Origin: Antechinus flavipes
Lineage: Eukaryota
DNA length: 64,000 bases
Direction of reading: 5' to 3'
NCBI RefSeq assembly: GCF_016432865.1
Contig: NC_067398.1
Span: 679,706,001-679,770,000 of the forward strand
Below the pieces are notes generated by a model. The model ran no database searches, was not told where the DNA came from, and saw only the letters and a program-made list of their open reading frames with translations. Each line of letters opens with the position of its first letter. Position 1 is the first letter of the stretch. The position numbers and the translations under genes were made by a program. Below are positions 27,690 to 40,709 of the stretch, in pieces.

Positions 27690-28430
27690 TCTGCCTCAGA
27701 TACTAGGATGATGAAAAGACTTTAAATGCCAAGTGAAGATTTTGATTCTACAACAATAGGGAGCCATTGCTTCTTCTTGAACAGAGGAGTGACATAGGTT
27801 TATGTTTTGGGAATAGTATGGAGAGTGTCTCTGTCTCTGTCTCTCACTTTCTTTCCCTTTCTGTTTCTGTCTGTCTCTCTCTCCTCCCCCTCTTTTTTGT
27901 GTATGTGTAGAAAAAGAGAAAGAATGAAATGTTATGGAGATAGAATCGTTAAGACTTGGCAACTGCTTGGATGTGGGGAGTGAAAGGGAGGGGAGAGTTA
28001 AGGGATAACTTGAAGATGCTGAAACCTAATTACCTGGAAGGATGATAGTGCCTTCAATGAAAATAGGAAAGCTCAGAAAAGGAGTGAGTTTTGGGCAAAG
28101 ATAGTGAGTTCTATTTTGGATTATGTTGACATGGAAATGTCTAATGAGTGGTGATGAGAGAAAGGGTTGAATATATAAATCTGGGATATATAGAGCTGAT
28201 GAGGTTGCCAAATGAGAAAACAGAGAGAGAAAAGAGAAGAAAACTCAGGACAGAGCCTCGGGAGAGACACAAAATGAGAGGGTACAGCACAGATAATCCC
28301 TGAAGTCTAAGAAGGAACACTCTGGCTCATGGAGGAGACTTAACAGAGTCATAAAAATGCAGAGAGGAAAAAGTATATTCAGGAGAGAGACGATAATCTA
28401 GTGTCAAATGCATAAGAGCCAAGAGGAATG
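27690..28430 (-). mobile_element. L2 fragment
   Basis: gagttctattttggattatgttgac...; same family as 5400-5790. Confidence 0.65.
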
Positions 28431-28645
28431 AAAACTAAAAAAAAGTCCTTGGTTTTTTTAGGTGTGTGTTTTTGTTTGTTTGTTTGTTTGTTTGTTTTTA
28501 CAATTATGAGATCATTAGTAGTCCCAGTTTGTTCCAAAGAATAGGGAAGAAAATTTATTTTATTGAAGAGATGATGTAGATCATTGAAAACTCTCAGACT
28601 TGGTTAGTATTGATTAGTTTTACTGAATTTTTTTCCTTTGTCTTT

Positions 28646-28709
<64 letters not shown>

Positions 28710-28714
28710 TTTTT

Positions 28715-28845
28715 TTTTTTTTGGTGAAGCAATTGGAGTTAAATGATTTGCCCAGGTTCACACAGCTAATAAGTACCAAGTATCTAAGGATGGAGTTGAA
28801 CTAATCTGACTCCAGGATCAGTATTCTATCCACTGCACTACTAGG
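28715..28845 (-). mobile_element. Short CORE-SINE with (TTTC)n tail
   Basis: SINE body preceded by (tttc)n and poly-T from ~28640. Confidence 0.8.
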
Positions 28846-29330
28846 TAGTAGTAGTAGAGAAGGTAGAAGGTAGAAAGTAGAAGTAGTAGAGAAGGCACTA
28901 CCTACTTTCTCCACTTTGCTTTTTAAACTTTTTTTTTAATTACAAAAGATGACTTGCTAGTTTGGAGAAATGGAAGAAACATATTTGGAAATAAAGATTA
29001 TGTAAAAACAAAAGATAGTAAAAGATAAAAAAAGCATATGGTTTAAAGAATGCTTGGCAACTTTGGAAAGAAAAGTTTCAGTTGAATGATGAGGGTGGAA
29101 ACAAGACCACAAGAGGTTGTGAAGTGAGTGAGAGTAGAGGAAGAAGAGACCACAAGTACAGATAGTGCATTTTTTAGAAGTCTGATTATGAAAAGGAAGA
29201 GAAATGCAGGCATAAGTAGTTGAGTCAAGTGAGGGTTTTTCTTTTCTTTTTTTTTTTTGTTTCATTCTATTTACTTTTAATATCTTATTTTTCCAAATAC
29301 ATGCAAAGATAAATTTTAACATTTACTTTT

Positions 29331-29801
29331 TAAAAAAATTTTTATTTAATAATTACTTTATATTGACAGAATCCATGCCAGGGTAATTTTTTTTTACAAC
29401 ATTATCCTTTGCACTCGTTTCTGTTCCAATTTTTTCCCCCTCCCTCCCTCCACCCCCTCCCCTAGATGGCAAGCAGTCCTTTATATGTTGGATATGTTGC
29501 AGTATATCCTAGATACAATATATGTTTGCAGAACCGAACAGTCCTCTTGTTGAATAGGGAGAATTGGATTCAGAAGGTATAAATAACCCGGGAAGAAAAA
29601 CAAAAATGCAGATAGTTCACATTTGTTTCCCAGTGTTCTTTCTTTGGGTGTAGCTGCTTTTGTCCGTCATTTGTCAATTGAAACTCAGTTAGGTCTCTTT
29701 GTCAAAGAAATCCACTTCCATCAAAATATGTCCTCATACAATATCGTTGTCGAAGTGTATAATGATTTCCTGGTTCTGCTCATTTCACTTAGCATCAGTT
29801 C
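29331..29801 (-). mobile_element. Young L1 3' end nested in an older L1
   Basis: 16-bp perfect TSD tttaacatttactttt at 29315-29330 and 29802-29817. The older L1 3'UTR resumes and runs to ~30170. Confidence 0.92.
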
Positions 29802-30999
29802 TTTAACATTTACTTTTGCAAAACTTTGTATTCCAAATTTTTCTCCTCCCCTCCTCCCTCTCTAAATAGCAAGCAATCCGATATAGGTTAAACATGTGCA
29901 GTTCTTCTAAACATATTTTCATATTTGTCATGCTGCTCAAGAAAAATCAGATCAAAAGGGGAAAACACATGAGAAAGACAAAAAAAGGACCAAGCAAGCA
30001 AACAACAACAACAAAGTAAAAATACAATGCTTTGATCCACATTCAGTTCCCACAGTCTTCTCTCTCTGGATGCATATGGCTCTTTTTATCACAAGTCTAT
30101 AGGAATTGCCTATTATAATAACCCCATTGTTGAAAAGAGCCAAATCCATCCACATGGACACATTTTTGGTAGCCATCAGACTCAGAATGACTCAAGATTA
30201 GAGAGAGGGATGTAATTTGGAGGGGGAGGGTGGGGAGAATGGGATTAGGGATACAAGTAGAGGAATTGCTGAGTTTTTCACCTGTAAAATTATGGATTGG
30301 CCAGATCTCTCAATTTTTTGCTAGTTCTAAATCATCAGGACATTATAGAATCATGAAGCTCAACCTTCTCATTTTACAGATGGGAAAACTGAGGTCCAGA
30401 GAGCTCTTACATGCAGTGTCTTGCCTTAGCCAGCTTATGGTAAATATGCTAAACACTACAAAATTCCTTGCTTTCCTCTTAATAGTTAAAAATGTTGAAA
30501 AGTCAATTGAGAGAAATACAGTCAAGAATAATATTTCATAATAATAGTTCACATACAAAAACATCCTTCCTGCCTACTTATGGTCAGTATCACCTCCCTC
30601 CTCCCTGACCACAGATCAGCAAAAAACAACCCTGTGGGTATGAGGTGCGTGTTTGTGTGTGTGTATATTTAGCCCAAGGCACTTTCCAAATGGAAACTCT
30701 GCCCAGTACTGCCACCATTTGAGTACTTTTCTGCCCATGTCAGCTAGGCAAACTTCTTAAACTTTGTCTACTCTTGATCCCTTTTTGCCCAAATTTTTTT
30801 ATGTGATCCTGGGTATGTAGGTATATAAAACAGGTATAGGAACCAAACATTTACTGATAATAGATCAGAATTTTGCACCTCCCACATTCAGATATGTGAA
30901 CATCGTATGGGGTCACAAGCCATAGTTTAAGAAGCTGTGAGCTAGAGGAGCAGAGAGAAGACTCTGCCTCCCCAAACATTGAACTCAGACTCCATCAGG

Positions 31000-31780
31000 C
31001 CGGCCGCTGTTTTGATGGAGCACAGCTGGCCTGGATGTGAAGCAGCTTGGAAAGGAGGAGCCAAATTGTCTGGGCTAAACTGAGCTCTGTAATGAAGCTG
31101 TGTACCTATAACTTATATTGGGAATAAACTAGACAGTTTAGGCTTTGAGATACACTAACACTGCGGTAAAGTAGGTTTTTTTACACTCTAAACAGCTGTC
31201 AGGGACTGCCTGTGAAGAACTAAGCCTGCCTCCAGCCTAACCCAACCCCCACTTAGCCCAGCCAGCTGTTTCTGGTTAAACATTTGCTGCAGGCCTGTAG
31301 GCCCAACTCACTCTGGAACCATTTCCCAGCAGGCAAAAACAGAATGAAAGAAGCAGCACTAGGCTGACTGCCTGTCTCAGGGATCATGTCCCCCTCGACC
31401 TTGATCCCACCCTGCATCTGCCTATCCTGTCCCGACAGCTGGCTCCTTATGATGACAGGATACATGAAGGGCTTTGAGCAAATGATTCCCAGGACCTTAG
31501 TTTCTGCACCTATTGTATCCCAGGGATATGCTCACCCTGCTTCTTTCCTCCCTTACCCCCCCAACAAAAGGTCTCAACCTGAGAAAGCTCAGCAGATCCT
31601 CAGGCTGCCGACAGTCTCTTTTCAGCTCAATTTCAAGGTTAAACTGGGAGATCAAACCATTGATTCTCAAAGTGCGGCTGCTCTCCTGCAAGTAAGCAAG
31701 GCATTGTTGGAATTCCCCTTGTGCATTCCTGCCTCCAGAGTTCAGCAGCTCAGCTGGCGCCTCTCTCCCTGGACCCCTCC
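31000..31780 (+). promoter_or_regulatory. Candidate ZAP70 promoter / 5' non-coding exon region
   Basis: Unique sequence ~10 kb upstream of the ATG exon, with five CAGCTG E-boxes and a TGCGGT. It includes an ATG-free exon-like segment 31571-31691 (AG...GTAAGC). Confidence 0.4.
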
Positions 31781-31850
31781 CGCTCACACCCCTGGGGAAG
31801 GTGCCAGAAACAGATCAAGAACAGATCAGGGGGTTGTCCGACTCCCAAAA

Positions 31851-32182
31851 AGAACATGGAACGTCAGAGCTGGGGGGAGAACTTAGAATATAGAATGTTA
31901 ATGATGGAAAGGAACATGGAGTGTCAGGGACAGAAGGGCCGTTAGAACATAGAACATGGAGTGTCTGAGCTGGGAGGGGACCTTAGAATAGGGTATGTCA
32001 GACCTGGAAAGGGACTTTAGAACACAAAATGTCAAAGATGGAAGAGGACTTTAGAACATGGAATGTCAGAGCTGGAAAAGGACTTTAGAACATGGGGTGT
32101 CAGAACTAGAAGGGGGCTTTATAATGTGGAATGTCAGAGATGGAAGGGGACTTTAGAACATGAAATGTCAGAGTTAGAGAAC
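31851..32182. repeat. 34-bp minisatellite
   Basis: Unit ~agaacatggaatgtcagagctggaa(a/g)ggacttt, starting at 31985, 32019, 32053, 32087, 32121 and 32155, with looser units upstream. Confidence 0.9.
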
Positions 32183-32899
32183 ACCCTGTTCAAACTTCAT
32201 TTTACAGATGGGATAACTAACACCTAGAGAAGGACAGTGGCTTGTCCAAGATCACACAGCAAAATGGTGACAGAGCTTGATCTAGAACCCAAACTTCCTG
32301 TTTACTAGGCCTGGGCTTCTTTTCATTAAATTAGACTGCCTCTACACTGTTCCACTGAAAAGTGTTAAGGATGCTCTCATTTAGGATTACCTAATTCTCT
32401 CCTATTTTTAGAGGCAGTGCTGTGTAATGAAAAGCACCTTGGATTTGAAGTCAAAATCCTTGGGTAGAATCCTTCTGTGACCTTGGTGCAAGTCAGTTCT
32501 TTACTCTGGGACTCTTTTGCACTTGTGAATTAATAATAATCATAATATAATACTTATATTGCCTCCCTCCTCAGGGTTTTGAGGAGGAAAGGACTTGGCT
32601 TAAATGGTACATATAAATGTGGCTCATTCTGTCTAAAATCAGGGAATTTGTACTGGTTACTCTCAAAGGTCCCTCTCTGAATCCACAACTTATTCAGAAG
32701 GTAACCCCAGAGCTTCTGAGTGCTGGGTGGGATGGAGGGGATGGGCCAAGGGAGGTGGTAATGAAAGGTAAATAGGATTGGTCCTTGGGCAAGGGAAGAG
32801 ACTAGGTCTCCATTTTCCAATCTAACGCAGTTCCATTTAACAAATATTTAAAATACACTTTTTGTGTGCTAGACCCTCTGCTAAGAGCTCGTGATACAA

Positions 32900-33212
32900 T
32901 GAAGAAAGAAGAAAGAGAAGGGGAGAGAAAAAAAGAGAGAGGGAAGCAGGGGGGGGAGAGAAAGAGAAAGAGAGAGGGGGGGAGGTAGAGAGAGCAGAGA
33001 GAGAAAAAGAGAGAGAGGGAGAGAAGAACAAAGGAAGGAAAGAAAGAGAAAATAAGGAAAAAAGAAAGAAAAGAAAGAAGAAAAAAGAAAAGAATGGAGG
33101 AAAGGATGGAAGGAGAAAAGAAGGAGAGAAAGGGAGGAAGGTAAAAAGAAAGAAGGGAAGGAAAGAAGGAAAAAAGAAAGAGGGAAGGACAGGTAGGAAG
33201 AAAGAAAGAAAA
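32900..33212. repeat. Polypurine (GA-rich) low-complexity tract
   Basis: ~310 nt almost entirely A/G. Confidence 0.95.
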
Positions 33213-34724
33213 AGTAAAAGCATAGTGCCTGCCTTTAATGACTTTACAAACTGATTGAGGGGAGAGCATGCAAATAATTGTGTACATACAAGATATACAT
33301 ATACATGTATGTGTATGTATATACACACATATATACCCATATATTTTACATATATATAATGTACATGACATATATGATTACACATGTTAGGTGGAAGGAT
33401 AAAGTATTAATATATAAGAAACTGAAAAGGTAAATTAGAACTAGAGGGTACCAATCCAGAATTACAAACCAAAAACAAATAAATAAATAAATAAACTAGG
33501 GATATTCCCTACTTTCAGGAAGCTTCCATTCTATTGAGTGAATACAAAGTTACTTGTACAAAGTTAGGTGAATGCAAAATAGATACAAAGAAATTCAAAG
33601 TAATTGCAACAAGTAAGGATGTCAGGAAAGGTAACACAAAGGAGGTGGCACTTGAGTGTCCACAGAAACATTGATTCTTTAGACCTGTAAGGAGCCTCAG
33701 AAGGCATTGAGTCAAGTACCTTCATGATCTATGGTGATGGCTAGAGAGTTTAAGAGGTAGAGGAGAAAAGGGAAGAGGAGGAGGACATTCCAGACCTGAG
33801 GAATCCCCAGGGCAAAAGGACCAAGCAAGGCATGAGATGGCTTGAGGTGAGCCAGGACCACGATTTAGGCCAGTTTGACTGGGATAGAAAGTCCAAGAAG
33901 GGCAGTCAATGAAATTATGCTGCAAAGATAGGAGGGAGCCAGATTGTGGAGGACCTTATTCTTGGTTTCTCCCCCCCCCCCTTTTTCTTTAAAATGTTTT
34001 TCTAGGTAGAAAAACTAATCCTAATTAAAATACCCTATGGGAGAAGTGATAAGGTGTTGGATATATAAATGGAGAGAAGGCATGGTCAGAAAGCTAAAAG
34101 AGCAAGACTTAGGTAACCAATTGGATAGCTGAAGATCATAGATTTAGAGCTGCAAGGGATCATCAAGGTAATTAATTCCGATATCCTCATTATACATACA
34201 AGGAAATTGAGGCTCAAGGAAGCCCACATATAAGCTATAAGCGACAGTTCCTGGGCAGTCTTACTATAGGGAGGATTTGAGGAAAGGGGGAGGATATGTA
34301 TTGTTGGCTTTTGAGGCAAAACCTGGCCTGGCCAGTAAAGAAGTTCTTGTCAGACTAAAGCAGAGGTTCCTGACAGCCAGCCCAATGGTAGACTTGTATC
34401 TGGAATTAGTGGACATGGGGAAAAAAAAGACTGAAGAGGGTACTGGCTCATGGAGGAAGGTTATGTTAGTCCCTTGAAAGTGATCTCCATGTTAGAAATG
34501 GACATGTCCAGAGAAGCCCAGGTTATATGAGTGGTAATGTGGAAGGTCCTGGACTCTTGACTCTTAAGATGTGGTTCAAACCCCATCTCACACACTTCCT
34601 GCTACATGACATTGAGCAAACCACTTAAATTCTTAGTGTTTCAATTTTCTCATCTGTAAAAGAAAAGAATGATTAACTAACTCACCCACAAGTCTAAAAG
34701 TCAGATGCAGCATTAAGATTTTTA

Positions 34725-35190
34725 TTTCTATTGTACATGGCAACATCAATATCATAGGACGATCAATTCTAATGAATGTGACTCTTTCCAACAATAAGAT
34801 AATTGAGGCCCATTTCAATGATCTTGTGATGAAGAGAGCCATCTACACCCAGAGAGGACTGTGGGAACTGAATGTGAATCACAACATAACGTTCTCACTC
34901 TTTTTGTTGTTGTTCACTTACATTTTGTTTTCTTACTCATTTTATTTCCTTTTTGACCTGATTTTTCTTGTGCAGCAAGAGAATTTATAAATATGTTTAC
35001 ACATATTGGATTTAACATATATTTTAACTTGTATAACATATCACATTGCTTGTCATCTAGGGGAAGGGGTAGGGGAAAGAAGGGGAAATCTGAAACACAA
35101 GGCTATGCAAGGATCAATGTTGAAAAATTATCCATGCATGTATTTTGAAAATAAAAAGCTTAAAAAAAAGAAAAAAGAAAAAAAGAAAAA
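34725..35190 (+). mobile_element. L1 3' end
   Basis: Same 3'UTR family as the other copies, with AATAAA and an A-rich tail. Confidence 0.85.
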
Positions 35191-35589
35191 GTAAAAATGT
35201 ATTTCTAGCTTTCCTTGGTTTAATGGTTCTATTCGGGATAGACAAGGTCTCCTATTTCTCTCCTTCACTGAGCAAATCCCACCTTTCCTTGTCTACCTTC
35301 TGTTTCTTCAGCCAATTCGGTTTAGACATTTGTTAGCTTCCCAGTTGTGGACAATATCTCATGATCCTCTCCTGGGCTAGTTCCTTTCTCTTAGTGAGAA
35401 ACTAAGTGGGGAAACTCCCACCCCCCAATTCCACATGACTCATTCTTATCTAATCAACTGTGATATTAAATCCCATCCCCAAAGAAGTTCCTCAGGATTG
35501 GAAGTAGTAATGAGGAAGATAAGGATGATCTAAGTCTGATACTTGAGCTTGAACTCTTAAATCCAGTAAATCATAGAATATTAGATGGA

Positions 35590-36000
35590 GATCTTGAAGG
35601 GCTTATCTAGTGTGTGGCTACAAGAAGCAATGGCTACATCCTGGTAAAATCTGACTTGGCCGACGGCAAAACCAGGTTGAGGGTAACTGACAGGCCTCAA
35701 ACCTGCTGGTGATTCAGGAGAATTGCTATCTTAAGCATATGATTACTTCCTCTAGTGCAATGCGCAGATGAGACAATTTGCTCCAATGGCCATGAAGGCA
35801 GCTTCAGTAGACACTGTAGAGTCTTAGAGCTTGGTCAGATATTGAAGATACCAAGATCATCCACAGTATCCTGGGCCATCACTAGTCATCTTGTCTTTTG
35901 TGTTGTCATTGGACCTTGATGACTCAGGAAGAGAGAGTGAGGTTGATGATTTTTCATAACTGCCTCACTTAAATCCATTTCACAAGTCAAGATATCACCC
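35590..36000. mobile_element. RTE-related non-autonomous element (RTESINE/WALLSI-like)
   Basis: ccaatggccatgaaggcagct...gagagtgaggttgatga...ctcacttaaatcca resembles recalled marsupial RTE-derived repeats. Confidence 0.6.
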
Positions 36001-36004
36001 CCTA

Positions 36005-36161
36005 GGGAGCAGCTAGTTGGTAAAGTAGATAAAACATCAGCCCTGAAGTCAGGAAAATCTGAGTTTGAATCTGGCCTCAGACACTTAACACTTCCTGGCT
36101 GTGGGACTAGGGACAAGTCATTTAATCTCAATTGCCTTAGCAAAAAATAAATAATAAAAAA
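36005..36161 (+). mobile_element. Short CORE-SINE (WSINE1-like)
   Basis: Consensus head and A-rich tail. Confidence 0.85.
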
Positions 36162-36624
36162 ATACATACATATATATATATATGTATATATATATAACGC
36201 ACAGATTTATAAAGAAAACCAATTATGCTGAAAAATAATTATGAAAATATTTTTCAAAGTTCATGGACCCCCAGTTAAGCCTCCAACCCAACAGTTATTC
36301 AATATTTTTTTTTTTTGAGTTGCCATGAATATGAAGAACACAGGTTTCTGGGGCTGGTGTGAAACAAGGTGGAAGAAATGAGGATCTAGGGTTTAGGAGA
36401 AAAAGGGGAATCACTGAGGTAAAATGAAAAAAGAGATGCAGTTGGAATCAGGAAGCCTGGATTCAAATTGCAACTCTCATATCAGCTCAAGTAATTGAAT
36501 GAGAAAATATATGTAGTGCGGGACACTGCTGCTAGTAGTAGTGAAGATGATGGTGGGCAAGTCAATTTATGTGTCTGGACCTCGGTTTTCTTATCTGTAA
36601 AGTTTATTTTAAAAAATAATAACT

Positions 36625-36890
36625 TTTTGTTTTTAAAATATATGCAAAATTTTATTTTCTTACTCATTTTCTTTTTTTATTTGATTTTTCTATGCAGCAA
36701 GATAATTGTATAAATATATTTACATACATGGACTTTAACATATATTTGAACATGTATAACATATTGGATTGCTTGCTATCTAAGCGAGGGAATGGGGGGA
36801 AGAGGGGAAATTTTGTAACACAGAGCTATACAAGGGTCAATGTTGAAAAATTATCCGTCCATATGTTTTGAAAATAAAAAGCTTAAAAAA
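36625..36890 (+). mobile_element. L1 3'UTR fragment
   Basis: gcagcaagataattgtataaat...gaaaataaaaagc, shared with the other copies. Confidence 0.85.
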
Positions 36891-37747
36891 TATGCAAAGA
36901 TATTCACCCTTAAAAAATCTTAAAATTTATTATAGAAAGGGAATGTTATATGGTACAAAGAGACTGATCTGGGAGTCAGAAGGATTTAGGTTTAAGCCTG
37001 TGTAGCCCTGGCAATATCATCAAACTGCTGAGGTCTCCAGGAAACTTTTTAAGAATTTAGAGTTGGATTAAAGAATATCTAATATAGAGGTTTCTCACCC
37101 TTTTATGCCAGGCATCTTTTGGACAGTCAATCGGGCTCCTCGGAATAATCTTTCTAAATGCATAAAATATGTGAGATTTTAAAGGAAACCCATTATATCA
37201 AAATAAAGATGTAATTTTTTTCTCTATCCCAACCCCTTCATCCTACAAAGGAGCAAACAGAGATTCAGAAAGGACGGTTCAAGGCCACTAAGAGTCAGAG
37301 TCCAGCATGATGGGAATGAATGAAAACATTTATTTACTAAGCACTTATTCTGTAGCAATCATTAGTGTATAGAAAGTCAAGTTCTTGACCAGTATCAGTG
37401 CAGGGGATTCTACACATGGGAGTCCTGAACCTCCATTCAGCAAAATTTTTCATTAGGCCTAGGAAGGAAAATAATGGGCAAATATCAAATTAATGATAAT
37501 AGTAATAAGAATAGAATTTATATAGAATTTGAAGGTTTGCAAAGTGCTTTCCAGATATATCATTTTATCCTCGTGGTAACACTAGGAGATAAGTGCTATT
37601 ATTACCACCCATTTCCTCTATTTTACAGATAAAGAAACAGGTGGGCATAGATTAAGTGATTAGCCTAGGGTCACACTAATCCAGGACTAGTAAGGGTCTG
37701 AGACATGATTTGAATTCAGTTCTTCCTGGCTCCAACCTCCATACTTT

Positions 37748-38490
37748 TTTTTTTTTTAATAGCTTTTTATTCACAAGTTATATGTATGGGTAGTTTTACA
37801 GCATTGACAATTGTCAAACCCTTTGTTCCAATTTTTCCTCTCCTTCCCCCCACCTCCTCCCCTAGATGGCAGGATGACCAGTAGATATTAAATATATTAA
37901 AGTATAAATTAGATACACAATAAGTATACATGACCAAACTGTTATTTTGCTGTACAAAAAGAATCGGACTCTGAAATATTGTACAATTAGCCTGTAAAGG
38001 AAATCCAAAATGCAGGCAGGCAAAAATATAGGGATTGGGAATTCAATGTAATGGTTCTTAGTCATCTCCCAGATTTCTTTCACTGGGTATAGCTGGTTCA
38101 GTTCATTACTGTTCCATTGGAACTGATTTGGTTCATCTCATTGCTGAAGATGGCTAGGTCCATAAAATTGATCATCATATCGTATTGTTATTGAAGTATA
38201 TAATGATCTCCTGGCCCTGCTTGTTTCACTCAGCATCAGTTCATGTAAGTCTCTCCAGGCCTTTCTGAAATCATCCTGTTGGTCATTTCTTACCAAACAA
38301 TAATATTCCATAATATTCATATACCACAATTTATTCAGCCATTCTCCAATCGATGGGCATCTACTCAGTTTCCAGTTTCTGGCCCCTACAAAGAGGGCTG
38401 CCACAAACATTCGTGCATATACAGGTCCCTTTCCCTTCTTTATGATCTCTTTGGGATATAAGCCCAGTAGTAACACTGCTGGAACAAAGG
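37748..38490 (-). mobile_element. L1 3' end with ORF2 C-terminal remnant
   Basis: GLYPKEII...AALFV.ARNWKL..CPSIGEWLNKLWY (ORF 38138-38494). 16-bp TSD with 1 mismatch at 37732-37747 and 38491-38506. Confidence 0.93.
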
Positions 38491-39769
38491 CCAACTTCCA
38501 TACTTTATCTATAGCAGTTAAATTCTATAGTTGTATCATTATTATTATAACATAGCCCTGCCCTCAAGGAGTCTCTGTTCTGAGGGCAGTGAGATACAAA
38601 CAGTCTTGAGAAGAGAAATATAAATAGAACCAAACTCCAAACTTTGTTAATTCTTCATTTCTATGAGTAGGAATAGAATAGAGATGTTAGGTTGGCAAGA
38701 AGAGATGTCCAACCTGGGCAACATGACATAGTGGGGACTTGGAGTCAGGACACTTCGATTATAATCCTTGCTAGCAGTATGAGTGATCCAGGGCAAAATG
38801 ATTAGACATTGTAAGCTTTGTTGCTTCTCAGACAGTAAGCACTTAATAAATGCTTATCATCTCTTGGCAGTGGTTTTCTTTTTTTGTAAAAGGAAGATAG
38901 TACTTGCATTACTTATCTTACAAAATTGTTATGAGGAAAGTGAGTTAGAGGGCTGATTGGACCTCTTCTTATTTTAAGCTCCCTGAAGCTCTGGTGATGG
39001 TAATAAAAGTGGGGGAAGTAATTGAGAGGGGCATGAATTAAACGAGTCAGTAATGGAGGGGCAGACATAGTGGTGCCAACTTGTTTGGATGGGGAAGGCT
39101 TTGAGAGTTACCAGCAGATCCCAATCTGACAGGTTGGGGCTCAGGACATGATTAAGCATGTATAGGTTGTAGGAGGTTATACGTGGAGGCCTCTGTTAGT
39201 CCTTAGCTGAAAGTACTGCTAAGAGTGGGAGCACAATAGAAGGGCTGCCAGTAAATGGTAAGCTGGGAGCTGGATTAGAGAGATGGTCAATGCAATGGGT
39301 GCAGATCAGTGAAGTGGGTGTAGGCAGGAGTCAAAGCCCAGAGTTTGGAATAAACACAACGGACAGAGTATCTGGCAAGTAGAAAATGCTTAATAAGTGC
39401 TGACTGTTTAAAGTGACAAATGAAGAATAGGAGAAATAAGGGTAAGGCAAGGTCTTCAATGTGGAGTATTGAATGCAGAGGAAATAGGCTGGAATTTTTT
39501 CCTCTACCTTTTTTAATCCTCTCCAAAAATGGGAAGCTGGAAAAAACCTCAGGGATCAATTAGTTTTCTCATGGCTACAGGCACAAACACATTGGGGGCC
39601 ATCAGGATCGGGATTAGAGATCCCCTTGTCTCTGTCCAGCTCCTTCTTCATGCTCAGGCTAATAATCTTAAACCTAAATGCAAACCTCCCAACTCCCGAC
39701 TCCTGACTCTAATCCTAACCCTAACTGTCCCTTTTGGTCCCTCTAACTTTTCCCACTCTGATCTGCATT

Positions 39770-40320
39770 CTGTGGCCCTGATCCCTCCTTTTCCTCAATT
39801 CATCTTCTTTCTCTTTTCCTCTGCTTTTTCCTTTTCTTTTGCTCCTTTTCTCTCTCCACTTTTCCCCCTTCCTTTGTTTCTGTTCTCTCTTCCCATCTCT
39901 TCCCAACAATCTCCTTCTCCACTCTCTTGTATTCTTTTCTCCTTCCCCATCACCCTCCTCCTCTTCTCCATCTTTTTTCCCCCTGGCTTCAGGGCACTCC
40001 TCCCTCTCTCTCCATCTGATTCCAACTCCACTCCAGTCCCTTCGGCCTGGCCCGATTGGAGGCCCCAGGCGCCTCCTGGGTAAGGGGCTTGACAAACACT
40101 GCTGACAATTTCCTGCCACAGTATCCGGCCACCAGTTTTGCTAGGGTTGTGGGCCCCCTCTCCTGTTCTCCACTCCTCAACTCCTCCCTCCTCTTCCGGC
40201 CTCCTTCCTCCCCTTCCTCCCACCGCATCTTTTCTCCTTCCTGCCTCCCCCAGCTTCCTCCCCTTAAGCTCCTCCTCTCATTCCTCTTTCATCTTTCCCC
40301 CCTCCTCTTTCCTCATTGCT
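39770..40320. repeat. Polypyrimidine tracts (39770-40015 and 40140-40320)
   Basis: Almost entirely C/T. Confidence 0.9.
39991..40079 (+). other. Candidate non-coding 5' exon
   Basis: Long pyrimidine tract ending cttcAG (39989-39990), donor TGG|GTAAGG at 40080, no ATG. Confidence 0.3.
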
Positions 40321-40709
40321 GCCATCATCAATCAAATCCTTCAAAAAGCCTTTATTGAGCTCTAGCTATGTGCCTCCATGGGGGCTTCAAGGAAACAACT
40401 CAGGTGTAATGGAGACACCCGTGGGTGCTGATTTGTATAGCTGTGGCTGATTCCCCTCTTTGCCACTCACTTATAATGTAACATTAGGCTATTCAGCTCC
40501 ATTTATGCCCTCAATTTCTTTCTCTGTAAAATGGATTAACTAATCTCCCCACTCTGCTGGCTATCTTTTCACAGTATTATGGAAGATGTAAAAATGATTA
40601 TAAAACATTGAGTGTAAACTGTGAAAGAGAGCTCAGTGTATATAGCACATTGCCCTACCACATTTGGAAAATTGTATTTAAGTCTGGGAGGAATATTTTA
40701 GGGAGAAAA

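Noticed and set aside
31386-31886. 166-aa ORF
   Set aside because: No domain recognised; it runs into the minisatellite and overlaps the probable promoter.
31851-32182. CRISPR-like regular spacing
   Set aside because: Head-to-tail units with no unique spacers, in a mammalian context.
32802-33385. 182-aa and 189-aa minus-strand ORFs
   Set aside because: Artefacts of the GA-rich tract (F/L/S low complexity).
38138-38494. 118-aa ORF (and 58479-59004)
   Set aside because: L1 ORF2 C-terminal remnants, not host genes.
39529-40365. Overlapping 75-184-aa ORFs
   Set aside because: Polypyrimidine tracts lack stop codons.
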